Of a stretch of DNA of 64,000 nt, positions 45,740 through 54,597 are shown in pieces. A program made the translations under genes and the position numbers. This DNA comes from an uncultured Gammaproteobacteria bacterium (GTDB lineage: Bacteria; Patescibacteriota; Microgenomatia; Levybacterales; UBA12049): NCBI GenBank assembly GCA_964408485.1, contig CAYOZJ010000003.1:1290-65289 (forward strand), written 5' to 3'. Within the stretch, counting starts at the first letter, position 1. Every line of letters starts with the position of its first letter. Under the pieces are notes generated by a model. That model did not search any database. It was not told the origin of the DNA and saw only the letters and a list, made by a program, of their open reading frames with translations.

Positions 45740-47071
45740 GTGAAAAAACTACTTATTTCATTTGTTCTTTTTTACCTACGTCTTGCTGCAAAGATACAAA
45801 TTGCAAAAATAAAGCCAAAAATTATCGGTATTGCTGGGAGCAGTGGAAAAAGTTCGTTAACTTCTCTTGTTGCGGGTATACTTTCTGAGAAATATTCCGT
45901 AAAACAAAGTTTGGGAAAAAACAGTGAAACAGGTCTTCCTTTGGATATTTTAGGGATTCATATGACTGATTTTTCACCTGCTGCATGGTTAGGAGCTATG
46001 CTTCTTGTTCCTATAAAACTTCTTGTTAATTGGACTAGATACGATATGTATATTGCCGAAATGGGCATTGATAGTCCTGTTGAACCCAAAAATATGAGTT
46101 ATCTTTTAAAGATTATACAACCGACTATTGGTGTCGTTACCAATGTTTCACTCGAACATAGTGTGTATTTTGAACCATATGTTACTGAAGTAAACCCGCT
46201 GGTAAAAGAAAAAAAAGTTTTAGATCTTACCGCAGAACAGGAAATGCTTCTTTTGACAAGTATGTCGTCAGATGACATAGCAATTGTTAACCGTGATGAT
46301 ACACAAATAAGTAATCGACAAAATCAGATTGATGCAAAACAAATCACGATTTCCCTAGAAAAAGATGCAAATCTTGTAGGAAAAGCTATCTCAAGTGATC
46401 TTTCACGCTTTACAATGCAAGTCGTCTACAAACAAAGAGAATATCCACTAACTATCTCTCAACCTCTTCCAAAACATTTTGCATATGAATTTTTATTCGC
46501 TATTGGTATTGGACTTTCTCAGGATATAGTAATAGAAAATGCAATTGATTTGCTGGAGAAACATTTTTCTTTGCCTAGCGGAAGGCTGAGCTTTTTCAAA
46601 GGAATTAAAAATACTGTTCTTATTGATTCCACATACAATAATGCAACGCTTCCGCCAATTTTGGATATTCTCGATTTTGTTAAAGAAATTTCTGGGAAAA
46701 GACGGAAAATTGCAATTTTAGGTGATATGCGAGAGTTAGGAGAAGAGGCGCAGAATATTCATGAAGAAGTGGCAAGAAAAATTCTAACAACAGTTGATTT
46801 CGTTATTCTTATTGGCCCATTGAGTGAGCAATATATGGTACCGATTCTTGAAAAAGCAAATTTTCCCTATGAGAATTTTCCAGATGTTGCGTCAAGTAAA
46901 AAAGCAATTCTTGATAGAGTGGAGGAAGGGGATGTTATCCTAGCGAAGGGTTCTCAGAATACTCTCTTTCTTGAACGAATTGTTGAAATACTCCTGGCGG
47001 AAAAGGACGATATAAAAAAATTGACAAGAAGAGGCGACTTTTGGGATAAAAAGCGCTCAGAAAGTTTGTAG
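45740..47071 (+). CDS. murF: Mur ligase, MurF-like (UDP-MurNAc-tripeptide D-Ala-D-Ala ligase candidate)
   Basis: IIGIAGSSGKSS P-loop, DSTYNNATLPP (like DDSYNANP) and AILGDMRELGEEA (like LGDMLELG), all characteristic of MurF. Confidence 0.55.
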   Translation: MKKLLISFVLFYLRLAAKIQIAKIKPKIIGIAGSSGKSSLTSLVAGILSEKYSVKQSLGKNSETGLPLDILGIHMTDFSPAAWLGAMLLVPIKLLVNWTRYDMYIAEMGIDSPVEPKNMSYLLKIIQPTIGVVTNVSLEHSVYFEPYVTEVNPLVKEKKVLDLTAEQEMLLLTSMSSDDIAIVNRDDTQISNRQNQIDAKQITISLEKDANLVGKAISSDLSRFTMQVVYKQREYPLTISQPLPKHFAYEFLFAIGIGLSQDIVIENAIDLLEKHFSLPSGRLSFFKGIKNTVLIDSTYNNATLPPILDILDFVKEISGKRRKIAILGDMRELGEEAQNIHEEVARKILTTVDFVILIGPLSEQYMVPILEKANFPYENFPDVASSKKAILDRVEEGDVILAKGSQNTLFLERIVEILLAEKDDIKKLTRRGDFWDKKRSESL

Positions 47072-47303
47072 TTGAAATTTTCACTAGCACTATATATAAT
47101 ATAGGACATGATTGATGGTGAAGATAGATTTAGTGAAGAAGAAGCTAGGGCCTATACTCGACTTAGAGGTATAGCCATAAGGTTTCAATTGGGAGATCAG
47201 AGAGCACTATCTGATCTTATGGAACAAGAAAGTTATTGGAGAATTTCCGGGAATGGATCCCCAGCATATAATGCCGGAAGAAGATTTGGTTTTAAGAATC
47301 ATC

Positions 47304-47618
47304 CTACTGATATGCCTCAAAAACGAGGTTAACTTTCTCTCCAACTTTCACTCCTTTTAATGCGATTGTGTTTTTTGGCAATTCTAAAACTGTTTTGAAT
47401 AGAGGATTCCAAAAAAACAAAGTATTGGGTTTAAGATTCTGCTTTATTTTCCTTACCACCCCTTTGTTATCTAAAATCACTATATCAATAGGGTAGGTCA
47501 TGCCGAATGTATGGATACCAAAACGAGTTTTAAAAACAATGGGTTGAGGTTTTTGTCCAAGCAGCCCTTTCCAGCTTAAAAACCAGGAAATTTTTTGTAC
47601 TTTTAGCCTCATTTGCAT
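47304..47618 (-). CDS. DUF192 family protein
   Basis: Minus strand. FGIHTFGMTYPIDIVILDNKGVV matches the DUF192 core GMxxPLDIxFxDxxG. Confidence 0.5.
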   Translation of the reverse strand: MQMRLKVQKISWFLSWKGLLGQKPQPIVFKTRFGIHTFGMTYPIDIVILDNKGVVRKIKQNLKPNTLFFWNPLFKTVLELPKNTIALKGVKVGEKVNLVFEAYQ

Positions 47619-47662
47619 CTCTTACTATAGTGAAGATTTGATAAAAAAGCTATAATAATACC

Positions 47663-48859
47663 ATGTGGCAACAGGCCAAGAATCAGTATCACTTTCTAGT
47701 AGCTTTTCTTGCAAATGTCTTCTATAGATTTCCTGCTAGGCGTCTTGTTGTTATTGGTGTTACCGGAACAGATGGGAAGACAACAACCGTTAACCTTATC
47801 TACCATCTGCTTACTGTTGCGGGAAAGAATGCGTCAATGATCTCAACCGTTGGTTCGCATATTAACGGTGTTGCTTCACCTCTAGGATTTCATGTTACAA
47901 CACCAAGTGCATTTCAGATCCAAAAATTTTTTAAGCAAGCAGTTCTCTCAACGAGCGAAAATCAGTACGTTGTATTGGAGGTCTCTTCTCATGCAATAGA
48001 CCAGAATCGTATTTGGGGAATTCCTTTTGCTGTTGGTGTTATAACAAATATTACCAATGAGCATTTAGATTATCACAAAACATATGACAACTATTTGCAA
48101 ACAAAAGCAAAACTCCTCAAGCGAGCAAAAATAGCTGTCATGAATAGAGATGATAGCTCGTACGCGAAGCTTTTACCAATTCTTAAAAATAAAAAACTTC
48201 TTACCTACGCAGTAACTGAGAAAGCAGATGTCACACCCAAAGAATTTGCCAACACCTCTCATCTTATTGGAACATTTAATACCTACAATATTTTAGCTGC
48301 AGCAACTGTTTGTAAAGCATTGGGTATTACTGACGCAGATATAAAAAAAGGAATAAAAAGCTTTGAAGCCCCTCTTGGTAGAATGAATATGATTTTTAAT
48401 AAAAAAAAGCTTACTGTGGTTGTGGATTATGCCCATACGCCAAATGGTTTGCAACAAGCACTCAGTGCACTCAGTGAATTTAAAAAAGACAAATCTCGCA
48501 TTATTGCACTTATTGGGGCAGAAGGAAGACGTGATCCAGGCAAGCGTGAGGCATTGGGAGAAGTTGCTGCGCAATTGGCTGATATAACTATTATTACAGC
48601 GGTGGATCCGAGGGGAGAGATTGAAAAAATAAACAAGGCAATTCTTGAAGGATCGGAGAAGGCAGGAGGTATAGTTGGTAAAACAATTTTTGTAGAATCC
48701 GATAGAAAAAAGGCAATTGAGATGGCGATACAGCAACTTGCCAAACCAGGAGATATTGTTGCACTTTTTGGAAAAGGGCACGAGCGGTCCATGAATCTTG
48801 ATGGTAAACATGAAATTGCCTGGAGCGATACAGAAGAAGTAAAGAAAGTACTTGTATGA
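47663..48859 (+). CDS. murE: UDP-N-acetylmuramoyl-L-alanyl-D-glutamate--2,6-diaminopimelate (or L-Lys) ligase MurE, short N-terminus
   Basis: LVVIGVTGTDGKTTT and DYAHTPNGLQQAL (MurE DYAHTPDAL signature). Only 398 aa. Confidence 0.7.
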   Translation: MWQQAKNQYHFLVAFLANVFYRFPARRLVVIGVTGTDGKTTTVNLIYHLLTVAGKNASMISTVGSHINGVASPLGFHVTTPSAFQIQKFFKQAVLSTSENQYVVLEVSSHAIDQNRIWGIPFAVGVITNITNEHLDYHKTYDNYLQTKAKLLKRAKIAVMNRDDSSYAKLLPILKNKKLLTYAVTEKADVTPKEFANTSHLIGTFNTYNILAAATVCKALGITDADIKKGIKSFEAPLGRMNMIFNKKKLTVVVDYAHTPNGLQQALSALSEFKKDKSRIIALIGAEGRRDPGKREALGEVAAQLADITIITAVDPRGEIEKINKAILEGSEKAGGIVGKTIFVESDRKKAIEMAIQQLAKPGDIVALFGKGHERSMNLDGKHEIAWSDTEEVKKVLV

Positions 48860-50259
48860 TAAAGCATATTCATTTTGTCGGTATAAAAGGTGTTGGTATG
48901 GCGCCTTTAGCAATTATTGCAAAAGAAGCCGGAATTACAGTGAGCGGAAGTGATATTGCCGATACATTTATTACCGACACCGTCTTAAAAAAGCATGACA
49001 TTATTCCCTTTGTTGATTTTGACTCTTCTCATATTAAAGGGGCAGATATGGTTATTACAACAGGTGCTCATGGAGGGTTTGATAATCCTGAAACAGTTGC
49101 AGCTAAAGAAAATCACATCTCCGTGTTGACGCAAGGTCAAGCAGTTGGAGAATTTATGGAAAACAAACTGCTTGGGCAAGAATATAGTGGCATATCAATT
49201 GCTGGAACGCATGGAAAAACAACAACAACAGCCATGGTAGCAGTTATTTTTTCTCAAGCCAAATTGGATCCATCATGGATTATTGGAACCTCGGAAGTCC
49301 CATCTCTTGGAGATGGAGGACACTTTGGTAGAGGAAAATATTTTATTGCAGAAGCAGATGAATATGCTAATGAGCCGCAATACGATAAAACACCTAAAAT
49401 GCTTCTTCAACATCCGAAAATTGCTGTGATTACCAATGTTGAACACGACCATCCAGATGTTTACCCCACACTGGAAGATTCGTATAGAGCATTTCTGCAA
49501 TTTGCGCAGCTTGTCCCCAAAGACGGTGTACTGATTACGTGTGGCGATGACAAGGGAGCCAGGGAAGTAATAAAAAATTATTCTGGAAATCTGTTGACAT
49601 ATGGATTTTCTGAAAAAAATGATTTTCAAGTAAAAAATGTAATAAAAACACATTCAGGAATAGAATGGGATGTTGTTAGCAAAAACTCAACAATTCATCT
49701 CTCTCTTTCTGTACCAGGAGAGCATAATGCATTTAATGCAACAGCTGCATATATAGTTAGTTTGCGGTGCGGCATAAATGAAAAAGAAATACAAAAAGGA
49801 CTCTTGGCTTTTACTGGAACAAAGCGACGCATGGAGTATATCGGACAACTTAAAAGTGGTGCGCTTTTATATGATGATTATGCGCATCATCCAACGGAGA
49901 TAGAAAAAACATTGACAGCAATTCGCGAGAAGTATCCTCAGTCGCATATTGTTTGTATTTTTCAACCCCATACATATTCTCGAACAAAATTATTATTCGA
50001 TCAATTTTTAGACTCACTGTCCTTAGCAGATGAGATTGTCTTGTCGGATATCTATTCATCTAAGAGAGAAGCTCCGGATCCAACCGTTTCATCAGCAATG
50101 ATGGTTGATAAATTGAAGCTAAATAAGCCTGTAGTACTTGCTAAAACACTCCTGGATGTGGTACAATACATTACTCAAAAAAGTTACGGAAATGATACTA
50201 TTATTCTCTCTATGGGTGCCGGAGATATTTATCAAATAGCAAATTCTTTACTATCCTAA
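48856..50259 (+). CDS. murC: UDP-N-acetylmuramate--L-alanine ligase MurC
   Basis: HIHFVGIKGVGMAPLA, GTHGKTTTT and DDYAHHPTEI. Confidence 0.85.
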   Translation: MIKHIHFVGIKGVGMAPLAIIAKEAGITVSGSDIADTFITDTVLKKHDIIPFVDFDSSHIKGADMVITTGAHGGFDNPETVAAKENHISVLTQGQAVGEFMENKLLGQEYSGISIAGTHGKTTTTAMVAVIFSQAKLDPSWIIGTSEVPSLGDGGHFGRGKYFIAEADEYANEPQYDKTPKMLLQHPKIAVITNVEHDHPDVYPTLEDSYRAFLQFAQLVPKDGVLITCGDDKGAREVIKNYSGNLLTYGFSEKNDFQVKNVIKTHSGIEWDVVSKNSTIHLSLSVPGEHNAFNATAAYIVSLRCGINEKEIQKGLLAFTGTKRRMEYIGQLKSGALLYDDYAHHPTEIEKTLTAIREKYPQSHIVCIFQPHTYSRTKLLFDQFLDSLSLADEIVLSDIYSSKREAPDPTVSSAMMVDKLKLNKPVVLAKTLLDVVQYITQKSYGNDTIILSMGAGDIYQIANSLLS

Positions 50260-50266
50260 CAGTAAT

Positions 50267-51595
50267 ATGGAAAAATTTATTATTAAAGGTGGAATCAGTT
50301 TACAAGGAAGTGTAAAAGTGTCAGGTAGCAAAAACGTTGCCCTAAAGGCACTCGTCGCTGCATGTCTTACTGATGAGAAAGTTATTATTCATAATGTTCC
50401 ACATATTTCAGATTTTGCAATCATGGCTGAAATTGTTGAAGAATTAGGTGGAAGCGTAACAATGACCGACCACACCGCTTCGATTCAGATAAAAACCATA
50501 CAGCATCACGAAATACCTCTTGATAAAGGTGCACAGGTTAGAGTTTCCTCTCTTTTCTTAGCACCCCTTTTACTGAGAGTTGGTGAAGCAATTATCCCTA
50601 ACCCGGGCGGTTGTAGGCTCGGTGCTCGTCCAATAGATAGGCTTGTGGATGGTATTGTAAGTCTCGGTGCGAAAATTACGTATTTTTCTGAAGACGGATA
50701 TTTCCATGCACGATCAAGTGGCTTGATAGGTACAACGTATACATTTAGTAAAAATACGCATACAGGTACTGAAATCATGCTTTTAGCATCTGTTTTAGCA
50801 AAAGGAGTAACTATTCTTAAAAATGCAGCACTAGAACCAGAAGTAGATGATTTAATCGATTTACTCAATAGTATGGGTGCAAAGGTAAAACGGTCCGCTA
50901 TGCGGGAAATTACTGTTGTAGGCGTAGAGAAGCTTCATGGTACGGAATTTACTATTTCTCCTGATAGAAATGAAGTGGTTACTTTTGCCATTGCAGCTTA
51001 TGCCACAAAAGGAGATATTTTTGTTGAGGGGACAAAAAAGAGTCATATTAAAGAATTTTTAGATGTAGTGGATATGGCAAAGGGTGGGTATGAAGAGAAA
51101 GAAAATGGTATGAGATTTTTTTATAATGGACAACTTGTTGCAACAGACGTTGTAACACGGCAATATCCCGGATTTATGACTGATTGGCAAGCGCCATGGG
51201 CAGTGCTTATGACACAAGCAAAAGGCATATCGACAATTCATGAGACAGTTTTTGAGAATAAAATGGGATACATAGAGGACTTAAATAAAATGGGAGCACA
51301 GGTTGTTCCATTTAAACCCATTGTTACGGATCCAGAAGATTTTTATAATTTTAACCTTTCTGATGATAGACCTGAGTATATTCATGCAATTAAAATTCAT
51401 GGTCCAGTAGTCTTGCATAATGCTGTGGTAACAATGGAAAATATTCGAGCTGGTGCAGCGGTTGTGTTGGCAGGACTTATTGCAAAGGGGACAACAACTA
51501 TTTTTGGTGTGGATAAATTGGATAGAGGATATGAAAAATTTGAAGAACGACTTCGGTTATTGGGAGCAAAAATAGAAAGGAAAAATGAAAAATAA
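50267..51595 (+). CDS. murA: UDP-N-acetylglucosamine 1-carboxyvinyltransferase MurA
   Basis: KVSGSKNVALKALVAACL and the catalytic-Cys loop NPGGCRLGARPIDR. Confidence 0.85.
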   Translation: MEKFIIKGGISLQGSVKVSGSKNVALKALVAACLTDEKVIIHNVPHISDFAIMAEIVEELGGSVTMTDHTASIQIKTIQHHEIPLDKGAQVRVSSLFLAPLLLRVGEAIIPNPGGCRLGARPIDRLVDGIVSLGAKITYFSEDGYFHARSSGLIGTTYTFSKNTHTGTEIMLLASVLAKGVTILKNAALEPEVDDLIDLLNSMGAKVKRSAMREITVVGVEKLHGTEFTISPDRNEVVTFAIAAYATKGDIFVEGTKKSHIKEFLDVVDMAKGGYEEKENGMRFFYNGQLVATDVVTRQYPGFMTDWQAPWAVLMTQAKGISTIHETVFENKMGYIEDLNKMGAQVVPFKPIVTDPEDFYNFNLSDDRPEYIHAIKIHGPVVLHNAVVTMENIRAGAAVVLAGLIAKGTTTIFGVDKLDRGYEKFEERLRLLGAKIERKNEK

Positions 51596-52340
51596 TATGG
51601 ATACGCAAATTGGTGCAATTGTTTTGGCTGCAGGTAAGGGATCTCGCATGAAATCAAAAGATGCAAATAAAGTAACATTATCACTTAATGATAAACCAAT
51701 GATTCTTCACACCGTAGAACTTTTAGAGAAAGTTAATGTACACCCTTTAGTTATTGTTGTTGGATTTGCAAAAGAGTCAGTAATGAACATTCTAGGAGAA
51801 AGGGTTTATTTTGCAGTTCAGGAAAAAAGATTGGGTACAGCCCATGCAGCTCTTAAAGGATTAGAAAAAATGCCTGAAGAAGTTGAGAATGTATTAATTC
51901 TTAATGGAGACGATTCTGCATTTTATACAGAAAGAGTTATAAAAGATCTTGTTAAAAAGCATGTAGAAAGCGATGCGTCCTTTACGTTTTTAACATTAAG
52001 TGTTGCAAATCCTCAAGGCTTAGGTAGAGTAGTAAGAAATTTAGATGGAGATGTAGTGAAGATAGTTGAAGAAAAAGATGCAACAAGTTTAGAGCGAGAA
52101 ATTACAGAAATAAATCCAGCCTGTTATTTATTTAAAACGTCATTCCTCAAAAAATTTCTTAAACAAGTTAAGAAAAGTCCTATCACAGGAGAATATTATC
52201 TGGTAAGTCTTGTTGAATTAGCAGTGCAAAACAAAGAAAAGCTAACAACATTACACATTGAAAATATTCCCTGGAGAGGAGTAAACACAAAAGAAGAATT
52301 AGAAGAGGCGAGGGATATGTTTGTTACAATAGATAAATAA
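51585..52340 (+). CDS. Sugar-1-phosphate nucleotidyltransferase resembling the GlmU uridyltransferase domain only
   Basis: IVLAAGKGSRMKS and QEKRLGTAHA (GlmU QxxQLGTGHA). 251 aa with no left-handed beta-helix domain. Confidence 0.6.
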   Translation: MKNNMDTQIGAIVLAAGKGSRMKSKDANKVTLSLNDKPMILHTVELLEKVNVHPLVIVVGFAKESVMNILGERVYFAVQEKRLGTAHAALKGLEKMPEEVENVLILNGDDSAFYTERVIKDLVKKHVESDASFTFLTLSVANPQGLGRVVRNLDGDVVKIVEEKDATSLEREITEINPACYLFKTSFLKKFLKQVKKSPITGEYYLVSLVELAVQNKEKLTTLHIENIPWRGVNTKEELEEARDMFVTIDK

Positions 52341-52341
52341 T

Positions 52342-53595
52342 ATGCAAGCAGTTATTCTAGCAGCAGGAAAGTCAGAAAGATTTTATCCGTTTAACGGATT
52401 TGGCCATAAGTCTATGGTACCGCTTCTTGGGAAGCCGCTTCTTCAGCACACACTTGAAGAACTTAAAAAGGCAAAATTTACAAGTGCAATTATTGTCGTT
52501 GCGAAGAATAGTATTATTCCTGACAAAATTACACCTGTTTCGGGACTATCGGTACAATTTGTTACACAAGAAGAAAAATTGGGGATGGGCCATGCACTTT
52601 CTGTTGCAAGAGATTTTCTGGAAGATTCCTTTTTTCTGCTTAATGGATACCATATGGATCTTCCCTGTTTTGCAGGAGAAATGTTGAAAAAGCAGAAAAG
52701 TACTCAGGATGTAGTTGTGCTTGCTAAGGAAGATATATCGCTTGAGCGATATGGTGTCGTAGAGGTTACAGATGATCGTGTTGTATCTGTTACAGAAAAA
52801 CCTGAAAAAGCAGAAGGCAGTCGTCTTCGAATAATAGGCATGTATTTGCTTACAAAATCATTCCTTCAGGAGTTAGACAAAACTCCTTTAGAAGAATATC
52901 ACTTAGAAAAAGCACTTGATTCCTATGCAAAATCCCAACGCGTTTCCTTTGTCAAAACAAACGATTTGACAATTACCCTAAAACATAGCTGGGATATTTT
53001 GTCGGTAAAGGATTATCTATTATCACAGGTAAAACGAAATATCTCAAAAAAGGCACGCATTGCAGAATCAGCAATTGTTGAAGGAAATGTTGTTGTGAGT
53101 GATGATGTTGTTATTCTAGAAAATGCAGTTATTAAAGGTCCATGCTTTTTAGGTAGTGGAGTAGTTGTGGGAAATAATGCAATTGTGAGAAATGGTGTTA
53201 TTGCAGAGGACAATGCTGTTATTGGCGCGAATATGGAAATAAAAAATTCTGTACTTATGAAAGGTGCAACAACGCACAGCGGATTTATTGGTGATAGCGT
53301 TATTGGTATAGGTACTCGTATTGCAGGAGGTTTTTTAAGTGCGAATGTACGCTTTGACAGAGGAGAAATTATGGCAATTGTTAATGGAAAGACGGTTAAT
53401 TCTCATAGAAATCATCTCGGTGTTATTATGGGAGAGAAAGTTGATTTGGGCGTTACTGTTGCAACGATGCCTGGTATAACTATTGGGAATTATGCAACCA
53501 TAGGGCCATCCACTACAGTTATGGAAAATGTTGAGGATAACAATCTTTTTTACACAAAATTTCAAACAACCAAAAAGAAAAAGTCCATTCGGTAA
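52342..53595 (+). CDS. Bifunctional sugar-1-phosphate nucleotidyltransferase / left-handed beta-helix acetyltransferase (archaeal-type GlmU-like)
   Basis: MQAVILAAGKSERFYPF nucleotidyltransferase N-domain plus a C-terminal hexapeptide-repeat beta-helix (IAESAIVEGNVVVSDDVVILENAVI...). Confidence 0.6.
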   Translation: MQAVILAAGKSERFYPFNGFGHKSMVPLLGKPLLQHTLEELKKAKFTSAIIVVAKNSIIPDKITPVSGLSVQFVTQEEKLGMGHALSVARDFLEDSFFLLNGYHMDLPCFAGEMLKKQKSTQDVVVLAKEDISLERYGVVEVTDDRVVSVTEKPEKAEGSRLRIIGMYLLTKSFLQELDKTPLEEYHLEKALDSYAKSQRVSFVKTNDLTITLKHSWDILSVKDYLLSQVKRNISKKARIAESAIVEGNVVVSDDVVILENAVIKGPCFLGSGVVVGNNAIVRNGVIAEDNAVIGANMEIKNSVLMKGATTHSGFIGDSVIGIGTRIAGGFLSANVRFDRGEIMAIVNGKTVNSHRNHLGVIMGEKVDLGVTVATMPGITIGNYATIGPSTTVMENVEDNNLFYTKFQTTKKKKSIR

Positions 53596-53608
53596 ACTCA
53601 GGATCAAC

Positions 53609-54274
53609 ATGAATAAAAAAATAATCCTTTTTGATATTGACTATACGCTTTTTAATGGCAAAACATTTCGAGAAACGCTTCTTAAAGAAATAGGAAAAGA
53701 AATCCAACCTGAGTCTATTGATTCTTTTGCGATAGCTGCAGAAGAAGTATATATATCTCTTCGGGATGTAATGGCGCATTTTGACACAGCCCTTTTTGCT
53801 CAAGCGCTTTCTAAGCGATTTGATGTTGCTGTTGATGAAGTAATGGTTAAGGAAGAAACTGAAAGTCTTTCCAGAAGCGGGGTTTTCTTGTATGAAGAAA
53901 CAGAATCAGTCTTGAAAGAATTAAGTCTCTTGCCGAATACAGAAATAGGTATTTTTTCAACAGGATTTTTTGATTTACAGAAAGCCAAAATAGACCCAGT
54001 TATTCATTTTATTTCTGAAGAACATATGCATATCTTTACAGATAAGCAACCACTTTTACTGGATATTGTTGAAAAGTATAAAAATGAAAAATTGTATTTA
54101 GTCGATGATTTCTTTCAATTACTGCAGAAGGCGAAAGAAATAGACTCACATCTAACCACGGTTTGGATGAAGCGCGGTAGGCACGCTGAAAAAATTCAGG
54201 GCAGTTCTGAATTTGTGCCTGATTTTGCGATTACTAGCCTCGATGAGGTGTTATCTATAGTTGACAAGAGTTGA
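53609..54274 (+). CDS. HAD-superfamily hydrolase/phosphatase
   Basis: ILFDIDYTLF is HAD motif I (DxDxT). Start at ATG 53609 after the upstream stop at 53595. Confidence 0.6.
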   Translation: MNKKIILFDIDYTLFNGKTFRETLLKEIGKEIQPESIDSFAIAAEEVYISLRDVMAHFDTALFAQALSKRFDVAVDEVMVKEETESLSRSGVFLYEETESVLKELSLLPNTEIGIFSTGFFDLQKAKIDPVIHFISEEHMHIFTDKQPLLLDIVEKYKNEKLYLVDDFFQLLQKAKEIDSHLTTVWMKRGRHAEKIQGSSEFVPDFAITSLDEVLSIVDKS

Positions 54275-54321
54275 TATAGTTTGATAAAGTTAACATGTTC
54301 TTTGGAAAAGTAGTGGTAAAT

Positions 54322-54500
54322 TGTGAGCGTGTGACTTGTTCAGTTGAACAAGAAACGAGGAGAGGGCCAGGTGCAGTCTTGTACTTGGAATCGAACCCGA
54401 AGCGAGTTCAGAAGTTCCAAAAGGAGCTTGCTCTGAGCTTGCCGAAGAGTATCTGCGGAAACCCTCCGGTGTATATACATCGAAGAAGACACTGAAAAGG
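54322..54500 (+). ncRNA. Candidate glmS ribozyme (GlcN6P-responsive) in the glmS 5' UTR
   Basis: AGCG then the P1 hairpin CTTGTTC-agt-GAACAAG, then AACGAGGAGAGGG (compare the GACGAGGAUGGAGG core) and AATCGAACCCGAAGCGAG (compare AUCGAAUUUUCGGCGGAUG), about 100 nt upstream of the glmS ATG. Confidence 0.5.
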
Positions 54501-54597
54501 TGATCTTTAGTATATCTACTTTTTCTTCAAAGGATAACGTTAATAAAAATATTTTAAGGTATTTTTAGCTTTGCGCTTTTAATTTTACATTTTTATT

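Noticed and set aside
48293-48913. 206-aa and 148-aa minus-strand ORFs antisense to murE
   Set aside because: They are shadow ORFs of a strongly supported MurE reading frame. Their products are Cys- and Ser-rich low-complexity sequences with no motifs.
54295-54495. 66-codon plus-strand ORF upstream of glmS
   Set aside because: Lies entirely inside the structured, glmS-ribozyme-like leader. It has no SD, and its composition is typical of noncoding RNA.
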